Shown here piece after piece: positions 26,445 to 35,938 of a stretch of 64,000 nucleotides of DNA. Source of the stretch: a virus. Taxonomy: Duplodnaviria; Caudoviricetes. Each line of letters opens with the position of its first letter. Position 1 is the first letter of the stretch. The stretch lies in IMG/VR virus record IMGVR_UViG_2842063143_000003, positions 1,570 to 65,569 of that record. One strand, given 5' to 3'. Under the pieces are notes generated by a model, which was not told the DNA's origin, did not search any database, and saw nothing but the letters and a program-made list of their open reading frames with translations. The translations under genes and the position numbers were made by a program.

Positions 26445-28394
26445 TCACTGCACTTCGATGCTGGCGAGAACGATCTGATGGATCGAGCCGCCATCCGTGT
26501 AGAACAGGGTGCAGGGCGGCGACTTGCGGGCCTGGCGCACCTGCGGGGCGGCGTCCGCGATCTTGAGGTACCAACCGCGCTGCGAGACGGTGTCGGCAAC
26601 GCCGGGCAGGCCGATGGTGTTGTTGATCTGCGCGATCTGGCCCTGAGACAGGGTGATGCCGGGGGCGATGACGCGGGCCTTCAGAGCCGCGTTGATCGGA
26701 TCCAGGCAGGCCGCCTCGACCAGCGCGTAGCCGTCCGTATTGTACGGCAGCGAGTTGACCTGAACCATCATGTTCAGGATAGCGAGCTGCAGGGCGTTGT
26801 TCAGCCAGATCTGATTGACGTAGCTGTCGAGCCACTGGAACGGCCCTGACACGGTGCCCTCGGCGAAGATGACGAACATGTTGTTCGCCGTCGCGTAGGC
26901 GCCGTAGTAGTTGTAGCCGTTGGCCGTGAGGTTCGAGGCGGTCAGGAGATCGGTGACGCCAGCGACAAGGCCGGTCTGCTTCTTGAACTTGGTGGTGATG
27001 CGGCCGTTCTGACGATTGAAGTCGATCGACGCGATCATCCCGCAGACGAAGGCCGGGATGCCCTGAGGGCCGGTCTCGTAGATCGGCACGGTGCCGGAGT
27101 AGTTCAGCAGCTTGAGCTGAGCGCCGAAGCTCGACGTGGCGTTGGAGCTGACGGCCGGGGCCGTGTCGAGGTCGCGGACGATGTAGGCGAAGCGGTTGTT
27201 CTGCGCGTTCGTCCACGCGGCGAAGGCCAGCTTCTGCGTGTTGGTGCCGACCGCGCCGCCATCGGGATCAAACAGCGTCGCGAAGGTCGCCCAGTTCTGG
27301 GTGTACATCGCGAGGTTCGACATGAAGTTGCCGGGCGTGGTCGCCGCGGCACCCTGCGAGATGGTGGCGCCGGTCGCCTGGCTGAGGAACAGCGCGTCGG
27401 CGAGCGCGCCGGTGGCATAGGCAGCTGTTGAGGGGCCGCCGGTGATGCCGGAGCTGATCAGGAAGCCGCCCGAGATGCTGTCGAACGAGACGACAACCGG
27501 AGCGGCCGAAGCGGTGATCGTGCCGGAGGCGACGGTCTGGCTCGGCGTGACGTAGTAGGTGCCGGCGAGCCCCGTACCGGTGCCAAGGCCGGTGACAACC
27601 GTGTTGGCCGCCGTGCCGGAACCCGAAAGCACCTGACCGACCGAGATGGTGCCGGTGGAGACCGCCGATACCGTCAGAACGCCGTAGGAGGCCGTCAGGG
27701 CGCCGCTAGCCACAATCTGGGGCACGGACACCGCGTAGGTGCCGACGCCGCCTGCGACGCCCGAAAGCTGCGAGGTAACGATGGTGTTGGCGGCCACCCC
27801 GGCGCCCGAGACAACCGAGCCCGGCACGAGCGAACCCGAGGTGGCAGCGGTCACGGTCAGGACGTTGCCGGCGATTGATCCGGTGACGCTCGCGGTGCCG
27901 GGGGCGATAGCGCCGGTTACCGAAGCGACGCCGGGCAGCGCAGCATTGAGCGCGGCCTGGATGAGGGAGCCTGCTGCAGTGTAGCTGGTCGCGGCCGACA
28001 GGTTCAGGCTCGACGCGGTGTGCGGGTAGCCGTCCATGACGACAGTGAGCGAGCCGGTCATCGCCTGAAGCGCGGGGAGGCCGATGCTGTTGACCGGGCC
28101 GCCGCGCAGGTACGCAGCGACCGCAGCCGAGGGGTACTGCGCAATCAGCAGCGACGCTGGCTTCTGGGTCGAGGTGTCGAACCCGTTGAAGTAAATCTGC
28201 GCGCGGGAGTACTCGGTCGAGGACAGACCGAAGTAAGAGCCCACCGCCCCGGCGGACGGGAATGCCAACGGCTGTCCGACCGGCACGCGCGAGTTCTGCG
28301 TCAGGAAGACGGCGATCAGGTCCAGGGCGTTGCCGCCCGCGTTCAGGACCTGCGGTAGAACGCTGACGATAGCGCTCGCTGGAATGGTGCTCAT
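26445..28394 (-). CDS. Tail sheath protein (DUF3383-like)
   Basis: [41 protein letters not shown]. Confidence 0.9.
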   Translation of the reverse strand: MSTIPASAIVSVLPQVLNAGGNALDLIAVFLTQNSRVPVGQPLAFPSAGAVGSYFGLSSTEYSRAQIYFNGFDTSTQKPASLLIAQYPSAAVAAYLRGGPVNSIGLPALQAMTGSLTVVMDGYPHTASSLNLSAATSYTAAGSLIQAALNAALPGVASVTGAIAPGTASVTGSIAGNVLTVTAATSGSLVPGSVVSGAGVAANTIVTSQLSGVAGGVGTYAVSVPQIVASGALTASYGVLTVSAVSTGTISVGQVLSGSGTAANTVVTGLGTGTGLAGTYYVTPSQTVASGTITASAAPVVVSFDSISGGFLISSGITGGPSTAAYATGALADALFLSQATGATISQGAAATTPGNFMSNLAMYTQNWATFATLFDPDGGAVGTNTQKLAFAAWTNAQNNRFAYIVRDLDTAPAVSSNATSSFGAQLKLLNYSGTVPIYETGPQGIPAFVCGMIASIDFNRQNGRITTKFKKQTGLVAGVTDLLTASNLTANGYNYYGAYATANNMFVIFAEGTVSGPFQWLDSYVNQIWLNNALQLAILNMMVQVNSLPYNTDGYALVEAACLDPINAALKARVIAPGITLSQGQIAQINNTIGLPGVADTVSQRGWYLKIADAAPQVRQARKSPPCTLFYTDGGSIHQIVLASIEVQ

Positions 28395-28403
28395 GCTTCG
28401 TCC

Positions 28404-29123
28404 TCAGGCAGGGAAGAACAGGTCGGCCGCGACACGGTCGACCACGACCTCGTCCGCGAACTCTTGGTCTGGGGTGATGGTCTGGTCGGCCTGGAGATGG
28501 CACTCGACCACGTAGCGATCTTCGGTTTGCTGCTCGCCCGTCTGAAACGGGATCTGCTTTGGGTCGTCGGCAAAGAGCGGCGAGATCGGAAGACCTGAGG
28601 CCTTCAGCAACTGAACGCCCACGTCGTCGCGCAGGACGGTCGACATGGTTTGCGCCATATCGGAGGCGCGACCCATGTCCTCGCTATGCACGTCGAGTTG
28701 GAAGACGACCCGCGTGGCCTGCTTCAGCCCGAGCGAACCGGCCGCCAACCAGCGGCTGGTCAGCGTGATCGGCGCGGAAAGGGTTGCGGAGCCGTCCGGG
28801 TTAATGGCCTTAATCGTTGGGCTGGGCGAGACACCCGTGCCGAACACCGGGCGCCCAACCTCCAGAACACCGGATGCCAACTGCTGAACGACGAGGCGTC
28901 CCGCGGTGATCACGCCGAGAAATTTGCAATCTCGGTTCTGGACGATGTTGGTTTCCAGCCTATCCCGCCGAATGACCGTCATCACCACGAAGTCGCCTTT
29001 GGGCGAGGCGACGTTGTTGTTCTGGCCTTCGATGACCGAGACGCCAGTGGGCAGGATGGCGAGTAGAGCCGTCCGCAGAGCCGCCTGGATCTGCTTGTGG
29101 CTCGGGACCGGTGCGTAGCCCAT
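28404..29123 (-). CDS. Tail terminator/neck protein
   Basis: GQNNNV..P, QLDVH, PLFADDPKQ.PF..GEQQ.E.R; precedes sheath. Confidence 0.75.
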   Translation of the reverse strand: MGYAPVPSHKQIQAALRTALLAILPTGVSVIEGQNNNVASPKGDFVVMTVIRRDRLETNIVQNRDCKFLGVITAGRLVVQQLASGVLEVGRPVFGTGVSPSPTIKAINPDGSATLSAPITLTSRWLAAGSLGLKQATRVVFQLDVHSEDMGRASDMAQTMSTVLRDDVGVQLLKASGLPISPLFADDPKQIPFQTGEQQTEDRYVVECHLQADQTITPDQEFADEVVVDRVAADLFFPA

Positions 29124-29554
29124 CAGGTGCTGTAGGAGGCCTGAAGGGTCACGGAACACTTCCTCCAGCCCGAGGCGTAGGCCTCAAGGACGGCGGTCAC
29201 CTGCCAGACGGGCGAGGCGCCGGTGGCGGGGTCGGGAGCGTCTTCGGGCATCAGGCCCGGCGGAAAGACGATCTGGTCGCCGCCGCGCTTGTCGATCCGG
29301 ATGATGCCGGTGACATCGGCCTCAAGGTAGACGATGCGGGAGACGCCCTGGATGTTCAGGCCGTCCAGCTTCTGCTGGTCACTGTAGGAGGTCGGCTGCA
29401 CCTGAGCGCGGGCCGTCATCTCCTCATAGGTCGGGGTCTGCGTGCCCGCGTCGTCGGTCTCGTACCCGGTCGAGCGGTTGATCGTGACCATCACGTCGGG
29501 GTTGACCCGCTGGATGGCCCGGTTCGCGATACCGCGCAGATTGATACCGGGCAT
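29123..29554 (-). CDS. Head closure/head-tail connector
   Basis: INLRGIA..AI..VNP...STGY...AQVQ...LDGLNIQG...GGD. Confidence 0.75.
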   Translation of the reverse strand: MPGINLRGIANRAIQRVNPDVMVTINRSTGYETDDAGTQTPTYEEMTARAQVQPTSYSDQQKLDGLNIQGVSRIVYLEADVTGIIRIDKRGGDQIVFPPGLMPEDAPDPATGASPVWQVTAVLEAYASGWRKCSVTLQASYST

Positions 29555-29557
29555 GGG

Positions 29558-30001
29558 CTACTCGACTTTGTAATCCACGCTGTTCAGCATCTGGCCGGTA
29601 TCCACGAGCGGCTTCGCGGAGCCCTTCCGAGCCACAGTCGCGGGCGAGAGTGCTGGCGCGTTCGTATCCACAATCGACTGCTGCAACTGGCCTTTGATGC
29701 CGGCGCCGACCTGCTCCATGGTACGGGTCGCGTCGTAGCCATTGGCCTCCAGAACCGCCGCGATTGCATCTCCCCAGCCGGGGCTCTTGTCCGCGATCAT
29801 GTTGCGGAAGTACGGGCGGGGCGGGATCTTGCGGGCTGGAGCGCCGAACTCCTGAATGGCGGCAACCATCGGGACAGAAGTGCCGTCAGGGTAGGTGCTA
29901 TTCTCGATGAAGCCCACGGAGAGGTTCGCTGGGCGTGAAACCTTCGCCGCGAGTTCGCTCAGGCGCTTCTCCAGCGCCGATCCGCCTTTGATGGTGACCA
30001 T
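29558..30001 (-). CDS. Tail completion/neck protein
   Basis: VGF....YPDG...AAIQEFG...IPPRPYFR...KPLVDTG.MLNSV. Confidence 0.8.
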   Translation of the reverse strand: MVTIKGGSALEKRLSELAAKVSRPANLSVGFIENSTYPDGTSVPMVAAIQEFGAPARKIPPRPYFRNMIADKSPGWGDAIAAVLEANGYDATRTMEQVGAGIKGQLQQSIVDTNAPALSPATVARKGSAKPLVDTGQMLNSVDYKVE

Positions 30002-30004
30002 GCC

Positions 30005-30454
30005 TCAGAAAGCCCGGCCGAAGCCGCCGTAGCCCCGTCCTAGGCCATGGTAGGCCCCACGGCCGGGGATGTAGCGCATGGACCGATAAGCAGCCGTCGC
30101 GTTCCAGAATGCGTAGCCGTAGCTGGTCTGCTGATACCAGCCAGCGGTGCCCGCCTCGACGACGAGGCCGCTGCTTACCGAGACAGAGCCCTCAGACGCG
30201 GACGTGATAGGCCCAACCAGGCCAGAAGCAGACGAGCCATCAGGGTTCAACGCGCCGAGCGATGCGATGTGCGAGACGAGCATGTTGAGCAGAATGAGTT
30301 GCTGCTCGGCACTCTCGACCGGACCGGTCCCATCATTGCGCAGATACAGCGTCGCCTCAGTGAAATAGGCGTTGGCGAGATCGTCCGACACGTCCCGAAA
30401 CTCGGGGTATCGGAGACGCCACATCTGCGGGTTGAACGTCGCAACAGCACCCAT
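30005..30454 (-). CDS. Head-tail adaptor (DUF4054-like)
   Basis: YPEF, LL.ML..HIA.L, G.I.SASEGSVSVS, WYQQT.YG..FW. Confidence 0.85.
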   Translation of the reverse strand: MGAVATFNPQMWRLRYPEFRDVSDDLANAYFTEATLYLRNDGTGPVESAEQQLILLNMLVSHIASLGALNPDGSSASGLVGPITSASEGSVSVSSGLVVEAGTAGWYQQTSYGYAFWNATAAYRSMRYIPGRGAYHGLGRGYGGFGRAF

Positions 30455-30548
30455 CAGCGCAACCCCGTGAGTGCCCTCAGCAGCTTGCTCCGTCGTTTCG
30501 GAGCGGAGACCGGCTCAGGTTCGGCCTCCATCTCCGGTTCGGGCTCGG

Positions 30549-30809
30549 CTACGCTGCTAGCGCCTTGCCCGCCGTAAAAACCTCGCCGTTCTTCACGAGG
30601 TCGGTGTCGGCGTTGAGCGCCATCCACTTGGCGAACAGGTCGGCGTCCACGGGGGTGAAAACCTCCGGGCCGCCGCCGTTGCCGGCCAGTTCGATGGTGC
30701 CGACCGGCACGAGCGTGCGGACATCGCCCTCCCCGGCCCAATCGTACACGCCGAGGCGCATGCCGAGCGGGTGGGTGCAGCCGACGTTGATGGTGTTGGT
30801 GTCAGCCAT
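30549..30809 (-). CDS. Head-associated small protein, paralog 3
   Basis: VGCTHPLGM.L...F.KW...N.D..LVKNG.VF. Confidence 0.75.
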   Translation of the reverse strand: MADTNTINVGCTHPLGMRLGVYDWAGEGDVRTLVPVGTIELAGNGGGPEVFTPVDADLFAKWMALNADTDLVKNGEVFTAGKALAA

Positions 30810-30832
30810 GGCGGGCCTCCAGCGCGAATTGG

Positions 30833-31261
30833 TTAGAGGGTCTTGGCGGCCTTAGTCGCGCGCTTGGCGGCGTCGGCATCAGCCTTCGGATCGGTCGAGA
30901 CCTGCTCGCCCAGGATATCGCGCTGGGCTTCCGCCTCGGCCTGAACCGGGTCAGCGCCATCGGCACCGGCAACCTGCGCACGCGCGCCGCCCTTGAACAC
31001 CGCCCCTGAGGTCATCAGGTCGCTGTCCTTGTTCATCTCGGACCACTTAGCCCAGTGATCCGCGGGGATCTCGGTGAAGGCCGCATCGTCCTCCAGCCCG
31101 AGGCCGCTGGTGTTCTGGCCCAGATGCGCACCGTTGCCGGCGAGGTCGTAGCGGGCGGCCTCCTTGAGCATCTGTTCACCGTCCGGGCCCTTGACCCAGT
31201 CCGAGACGCGCAGGACGAGGCCGCTCGGAAGCCGGCAGCCGATTTTTACCGTGTCAGCCAT
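30833..31261 (-). CDS. Head-associated small protein, paralog 2
   Basis: IGCRLPSGLVL...W.KW...NKDSDL..SGAVF. Confidence 0.75.
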   Translation of the reverse strand: MADTVKIGCRLPSGLVLRVSDWVKGPDGEQMLKEAARYDLAGNGAHLGQNTSGLGLEDDAAFTEIPADHWAKWSEMNKDSDLMTSGAVFKGGARAQVAGADGADPVQAEAEAQRDILGEQVSTDPKADADAAKRATKAAKTL

Positions 31262-31270
31262 GCTGGCCTC

Positions 31271-31774
31271 CTACTGCCTGGGCGCGTCCTGCGGAGCGAT
31301 GCCGCGGACGTGCTTCTGGGGGTTCTTCGGGTCGATGCCTTCAAGGCCAGTCACGACCACGTCGTGCTGGCGGCCGAACGCCTCGACATCCTCACGCTTC
31401 TCGCTGGCGAACACGATGCGGTTGCGGACGAGGTCCGAGTTCCTGTTCGCCTCCAGCCAATCGTCCCAGAGCTTCTTCGGGACGTTGGGAGTGATGCGGT
31501 AGCCGCTCGCGGTGAGCAGCGGCGGGCGGGGATCGCCGACACGGGCCGAGGTACCGCCGAGGACGATCTGCTCGCCGTTCGGCACGAAGCACACGACTTC
31601 GCGCACGCCGCCGCCCTGGACCAGTTCCGGCACGATGGTCCGGTCCATGCCACGCAGGATCAGGCCATTGGGCATCTTGCACGCGACCGAGACGACTTCC
31701 CGGGCCGCGTGAATGGTATTGCTCGGCGCCGAACCGATCGGGGCCGAGGGCTGGTGTCGCTCGGGCTGCGCCAT
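31271..31774 (-). CDS. Head-associated small protein, paralog 1
   Basis: VACKMPNGLIL...WDDW...NRNSDLVRN.IVFA...TGLE.IDP. Confidence 0.75.
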   Translation of the reverse strand: MAQPERHQPSAPIGSAPSNTIHAAREVVSVACKMPNGLILRGMDRTIVPELVQGGGVREVVCFVPNGEQIVLGGTSARVGDPRPPLLTASGYRITPNVPKKLWDDWLEANRNSDLVRNRIVFASEKREDVEAFGRQHDVVVTGLEGIDPKNPQKHVRGIAPQDAPRQ

Positions 31775-31775
31775 C

Positions 31776-32867
31776 TCAGACGCCCACCATCGACGCGATG
31801 GCGTAGGGCTGACGGATGATCGCGCCCCACGCCCCGCCGGACCACTTCTTCTTGTAGGCCGTGGTGTCGGTCACGAGGTTGTGCTGACGCATCTTCTCGC
31901 TGTAGGCGCAGAAGCCGGTCTGCTGGCCATCGACCGTCTTGGCGATGAGCTGCATGAAGTTGCCGGCGGCCATGCCCTGCGGGAACGCAGCGGACTGCTT
32001 CCCGTACTGAACGGCGGTAACGATCTTCAGCCGCGGGAACTCAGCCTGCAAGGCCTCGCGGACCTTAAGGTTGAACTGGTTAATGTAGCCCAGCGCGGTC
32101 GAGACGCCCGGCGCCACGGCCAGGATCAGTTCGTCCTCGGCCGTGACGTAGCCAGCGGTCTGCGTGACGAGCTGCGTGAACAGCGAGTACACGTCGTTGT
32201 AGACCTCGTTGGCGGTCGCGTTCGGGGCACCGCCCGTGGTCTGCCAGGTCGTGCCACCGGCCGCCTTGGTTGCCGGGGTCAGCGGGGCCGCCAGCACCGG
32301 GTCGTTCAGCAGGCCGTAGTTCTGCAGGCCGGCGACGCCGAAGAAGTAGATGGCGTTCTCAAACCGACCCATCACGTTGGCGGCGGCAGCGTCCTTCTCG
32401 GCCACGAGGTTGATGCCGGCGAGACCTGCCCGCTCCGCCTCGCGCTCCCCGTACTCGGTCATGACCTGGTACAGGTAGTTCTGGCGCATCGGCCAGTTCA
32501 TGTTGACGTTGGTCATGCCGTTGTTAGAGTAGTCGTCGTAGGACGAGACTTCACCAACGTGCTCCAGCACGCCGAACGCGATGGTGTCCTGCAGCCAGTT
32601 GCCCTTCTGCTCCTCACCGAAGATCTCCGCAGCCTTGTTGGGCACGAAGCGGACGGTGATGACGTTCGGGTCGATGGTCGTGGTCAGCAAGGCGGGAATG
32701 CCGCCGTTGGCCACGGTCTGCAGCACCGGCAGGGCGTCATAGGCGACCGAGTAGTCGCGCTTCATTTCGGGGGTGGAGTACATCTCCACCGACTTGAGAT
32801 GGACGCCCTTCTCGGCCAGCATCGGCCGATCAGCGAGGAACTGGGTACGTGCTTCCTGAAGGTTCAT
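31776..32867 (-). CDS. Major capsid protein (DUF2184-like)
   Basis: N.GIPA.LTT.IDP, GEVSSY.D, YFFGVAGLQNYGLLNDP, GAIIRQP.AIASM.GV. Confidence 0.9.
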   Translation of the reverse strand: MNLQEARTQFLADRPMLAEKGVHLKSVEMYSTPEMKRDYSVAYDALPVLQTVANGGIPALLTTTIDPNVITVRFVPNKAAEIFGEEQKGNWLQDTIAFGVLEHVGEVSSYDDYSNNGMTNVNMNWPMRQNYLYQVMTEYGEREAERAGLAGINLVAEKDAAAANVMGRFENAIYFFGVAGLQNYGLLNDPVLAAPLTPATKAAGGTTWQTTGGAPNATANEVYNDVYSLFTQLVTQTAGYVTAEDELILAVAPGVSTALGYINQFNLKVREALQAEFPRLKIVTAVQYGKQSAAFPQGMAAGNFMQLIAKTVDGQQTGFCAYSEKMRQHNLVTDTTAYKKKWSGGAWGAIIRQPYAIASMVGV

Positions 32868-32893
32868 GGTTATTCTCCGTCTGAGTCCGTCCG

Positions 32894-33409
32894 TCAGCCG
32901 TTCGGCACAGACGAGAATTTGAAGACTTCGCCGACAGCACCCACCGAGTGGCAGTACCACTTGGTCTCGGTGAAGCCGGCGACGGTGGCCCCAGCATCGC
33001 CGGTGGCAAGGCTGCCGTCAGTGTTGTTGGCGAAGACCTTCTGGTTGACGGCGGTCGCCGCGGAGCCGCGGTTCTTGCCCCAGAAGGCGCCGGTCTTCAT
33101 GAGCGCGACCGGGAAGCCGGGCGGGATCGTCATGCCGGTCTCGGCCAGGAACGTGGTGATCAGGCCCTGCTGCTGACGATGCAGGAACCCGGTCGGCGCG
33201 CCCGTGCCCGAGTTGGTGATGCTGGTTGGCGTGCCGTTCGGATCGTTCGGCGCGGTCGCCCAGTGGAAGCGGCCGATGACGGCGCCGCCTGAGCCGACGA
33301 TCAGACCGCCGGGGCCGGCAATGACCGAGTGCCGATCCCAGGTCGCGTCGGCGAAATCGCCTTCGACGCCCGGCGCCGGCTGGTAGTTGATGGATGCGGG
33401 GAAGCTCAT
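32894..33409 (-). CDS. Head decoration/cement protein
   Basis: QPAPGVEGDFA, AG.GGL..G..G..IGRF.W, GFLHR.QQG.IT; directly upstream of MCP. Confidence 0.8.
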   Translation of the reverse strand: MSFPASINYQPAPGVEGDFADATWDRHSVIAGPGGLIVGSGGAVIGRFHWATAPNDPNGTPTSITNSGTGAPTGFLHRQQQGLITTFLAETGMTIPPGFPVALMKTGAFWGKNRGSAATAVNQKVFANNTDGSLATGDAGATVAGFTETKWYCHSVGAVGEVFKFSSVPNG

Positions 33410-33436
33410 GGTCTCGTCTCCTGTTCAGAGCGCCGA

Positions 33437-34897
33437 TCAGGCGGCGTGACCGATGCGGGAAGTGCCGAAGCGCTCGTCGAAGCCCTTGGCGGCGGCGGCG
33501 TCCATGGCGGTGCGGGGGGCGGCCTCACGCGAGCGCTCGCCCGCCTTCGGCTTGGCCGAGATGATGTCCATCAGGGCGTCGGAGTGCTTGCCCTTGTGGG
33601 CGATGCCGAGCACGTCGCAGGCCTTGCGCTCCACGGCCTCAACGCTATCGAAGTCCATGGCGAGTTCGCCGACCCACGGGGCGACGCGACGGCGAGCGTC
33701 GGCGATGCCATTGATGTGCGCGGTGGTCTCGCGGATCGCATCGGCGCGGGCATCGGCGCGAACCTTGGCGATCTCAGCGTCCATGGCGGTCTTGCTGACC
33801 ATGCCGGCGGTCGCCTTGCGGATGCGAGCCTCGATGAGGGCAGCGTCCATGGCCTTGTCCTTCTTCTCGTCCTGGGCCTGCTCACCACCGCCCATGGCTT
33901 GGCACCCAGCGATGACCTTTTCACGGTCCTCGGGGCTGAGTTTCCGGCACATCTCAATGCAGGCTTCAGCCGCATCAGCGTCGTCGTTGACCTCCCCACC
34001 TTCTGCGCCTTCAACCGCGGCCTTCACGTCGGCTTCAGCTTCCGGCGGCAGGATCTCGGCCAGCGCCTCGATGACCTCGGCCACGTCCTCAATGTCGGCG
34101 TCCTGGGCGAGCTTGCCCTTGGTCGCCTTCATCAGGCCGAGCACCATGGCGGGCACGGACGACTTGAAGGTCTTGGTGTTGACGCCTTTCAGGATCGGAT
34201 CAAAATCGATCGCGGCATCCTTGGCGAGCTTGGGACGAAGGTAGACAGCCAGAGCGCCGCGGGTCTGCGCAGCGGCCGGCGACAACTTGGCCGTGTTCAT
34301 TATGAACTCCTTGAAGGTGATAGGCGCTGCGTCCCATGCTCGAACGTCGCGCCCGGCTCGACCACGCGGCACGAATGCTACGTGTGACCCATCGATGTCC
34401 CTCATAACCCCGTCGTAGACTTCGCCTTCTGGCGTTCGTCCCGGCGTCATGTCGGCTCGATAGCGGTAAGCGGCAGAAAGCTCGGCGGCTTCTTCGCTTT
34501 CAATCTTGGTGATCGCTGGCCCCGGCCAGACGTCCAGCGCCGTCATGAGGTACGGCGCTTTCCAGTAGACATCTCGCGTCCCCCCAACCGTGTTGAGGTG
34601 GTCGTGATTGTCCGCGTCGCTCTCCCAGTGCCCCATCATCAGGGGCTTGCCGGAGAAGGTACTGGCAGCCTTCTCAAGCTCTTCAGGATCGCGATAGAGC
34701 TTATAAACTCGGTCGGCATCTAAGCCGAGTGCGCGCCAATTTATGATCTCCCGCCCGAAATACGGGCAAACATTGCTTTTGGAGATCGGCGTGGCAGAGA
34801 TGTGCAAGTGGCCGTCGTTGTCCTTCGTTCGGAAGGACTCCTGCACGGCGGCGCGGTCCAGCGCGAGCCGGACCTTGGTGTCGACAGAAAGGAGCAT
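33437..34897 (-). CDS. Prohead protease/scaffold (DUF2213-like)
   Basis: ISK.NVCPY.G.EI, YRDPEEL, ELSAAYRY..DMTPG, HVA.V..GRAG.DV; helical scaffold C-terminus. Confidence 0.88.
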   Translation of the reverse strand: MLLSVDTKVRLALDRAAVQESFRTKDNDGHLHISATPISKSNVCPYFGREIINWRALGLDADRVYKLYRDPEELEKAASTFSGKPLMMGHWESDADNHDHLNTVGGTRDVYWKAPYLMTALDVWPGPAITKIESEEAAELSAAYRYRADMTPGRTPEGEVYDGVMRDIDGSHVAFVPRGRAGRDVRAWDAAPITFKEFIMNTAKLSPAAAQTRGALAVYLRPKLAKDAAIDFDPILKGVNTKTFKSSVPAMVLGLMKATKGKLAQDADIEDVAEVIEALAEILPPEAEADVKAAVEGAEGGEVNDDADAAEACIEMCRKLSPEDREKVIAGCQAMGGGEQAQDEKKDKAMDAALIEARIRKATAGMVSKTAMDAEIAKVRADARADAIRETTAHINGIADARRRVAPWVGELAMDFDSVEAVERKACDVLGIAHKGKHSDALMDIISAKPKAGERSREAAPRTAMDAAAAKGFDERFGTSRIGHAA

Positions 34898-34929
34898 GAG
34901 ATGCAGCCGAGTTACGCTCGGCCGCGTGA

Positions 34930-35745
34930 TCAGCCGAAGCCGGGAACCACAGCCCGAGACACGCACCGGCAGTTGATTAACTCGCCGGGCAGGACGTACT
35001 TCTTCTCGTCAGGGTCGTACCAGCCCTTCGCGACATCAAACGTGACCTTGTCGCGTCCGGCCTTCGCGTGACTGGGCCTAGGGTGCTTGCCGCCCCCGCT
35101 GTGGACCCAAACGGCTTCCTGGATACCAACCTCTAGCAGTCTGGCTCGGGTGAGCGACGCGGTCGCCTTGTTGGACTGGTCGCGGGCGATAAAGGCCGCT
35201 CGGCGCTTCGTGACCCCGAACTGGTCTTGCAGGTCCTTCGTCAGTTGCCCGAGGTCACGCCCCGTAGCCACGCTGCGCATTACAGCCCCCTCGACCTTGG
35301 ACAGGTGCTGCTGGGCGATGCTTTTGATCAGCGAGACGTTCTCGTGGACCACCGAGTTGACCACGTCGCGCTGGGCGCGGGTCATCGTCCACTCGACCGT
35401 GAAACCGCCCTTCTTGAGTGCCGCCTTCAGAGCCACATCCGAGCGCTGGCTGACCGACTGCGCGAAGTAGGATGCCAGATCGGCCGCTAGATCGTTAAAA
35501 CGGGCCGTCCAGCGGCGTGTGAGGGCTCGGACGGCCCTGCGTAGGGTTTCGACCGGAAGCTCGTCCTGAGCCAATTCTGGCGCGTTCTTGCGGTACGCCG
35601 CCTTGAGCCAATAGGCGATGGAGCGATCCATCTCCGACAGAAGCGCAACCAGACGCCGGCGATACTCGGCCTCAATCCCAGCGTTAGGATGGATCGGACG
35701 TAGGACTGTCTGCCCCGCCTTCTGCCGTTTCACCGAGCTTGCCAC
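34930..35745 (-). CDS. Minor head morphogenesis protein (SPP1 gp7/Mu gpF-like)
   Basis: RA.FIARDQ.NK, W.HS.G...PR.SH, PGELINCRC. Confidence 0.9.
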   Translation of the reverse strand: MASSVKRQKAGQTVLRPIHPNAGIEAEYRRRLVALLSEMDRSIAYWLKAAYRKNAPELAQDELPVETLRRAVRALTRRWTARFNDLAADLASYFAQSVSQRSDVALKAALKKGGFTVEWTMTRAQRDVVNSVVHENVSLIKSIAQQHLSKVEGAVMRSVATGRDLGQLTKDLQDQFGVTKRRAAFIARDQSNKATASLTRARLLEVGIQEAVWVHSGGGKHPRPSHAKAGRDKVTFDVAKGWYDPDEKKYVLPGELINCRCVSRAVVPGFG

Positions 35746-35938
35746 GCAAGTCCTCCGGCAAAGGGATTTGCTCGCTGCGGATCAGGCGGCCGGCGCGAGC
35801 GTTGACCCCGGATCGTCGCTCTTCAGGTAGATCTTGAAGCACCTGATCCAGCGTCTTCATGCCATCGGCCTCGACCCGCTTCTGAAGCTCAGCCTGTCGG
35901 GCAAGCTCCAGCATCTCGTCCATGCTGAAATCGATCAC
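35684..35938 (-). CDS. Small hypothetical protein
   Basis: GTGA overlap with portal stop; 84 aa. Confidence 0.45.
   Translation of the reverse strand: MIDFSMDEMLELARQAELQKRVEADGMKTLDQVLQDLPEERRSGVNARAGRLIRSEQIPLPEDLRGKLGETAEGGADSPTSDPS

Noticed and set aside
31713-33176. 487-aa plus-strand ORF (and similar long antisense ORFs at 17239-18309, 33329-34387, 58460-59725)
   Set aside because: Antisense shadows of well-supported genes
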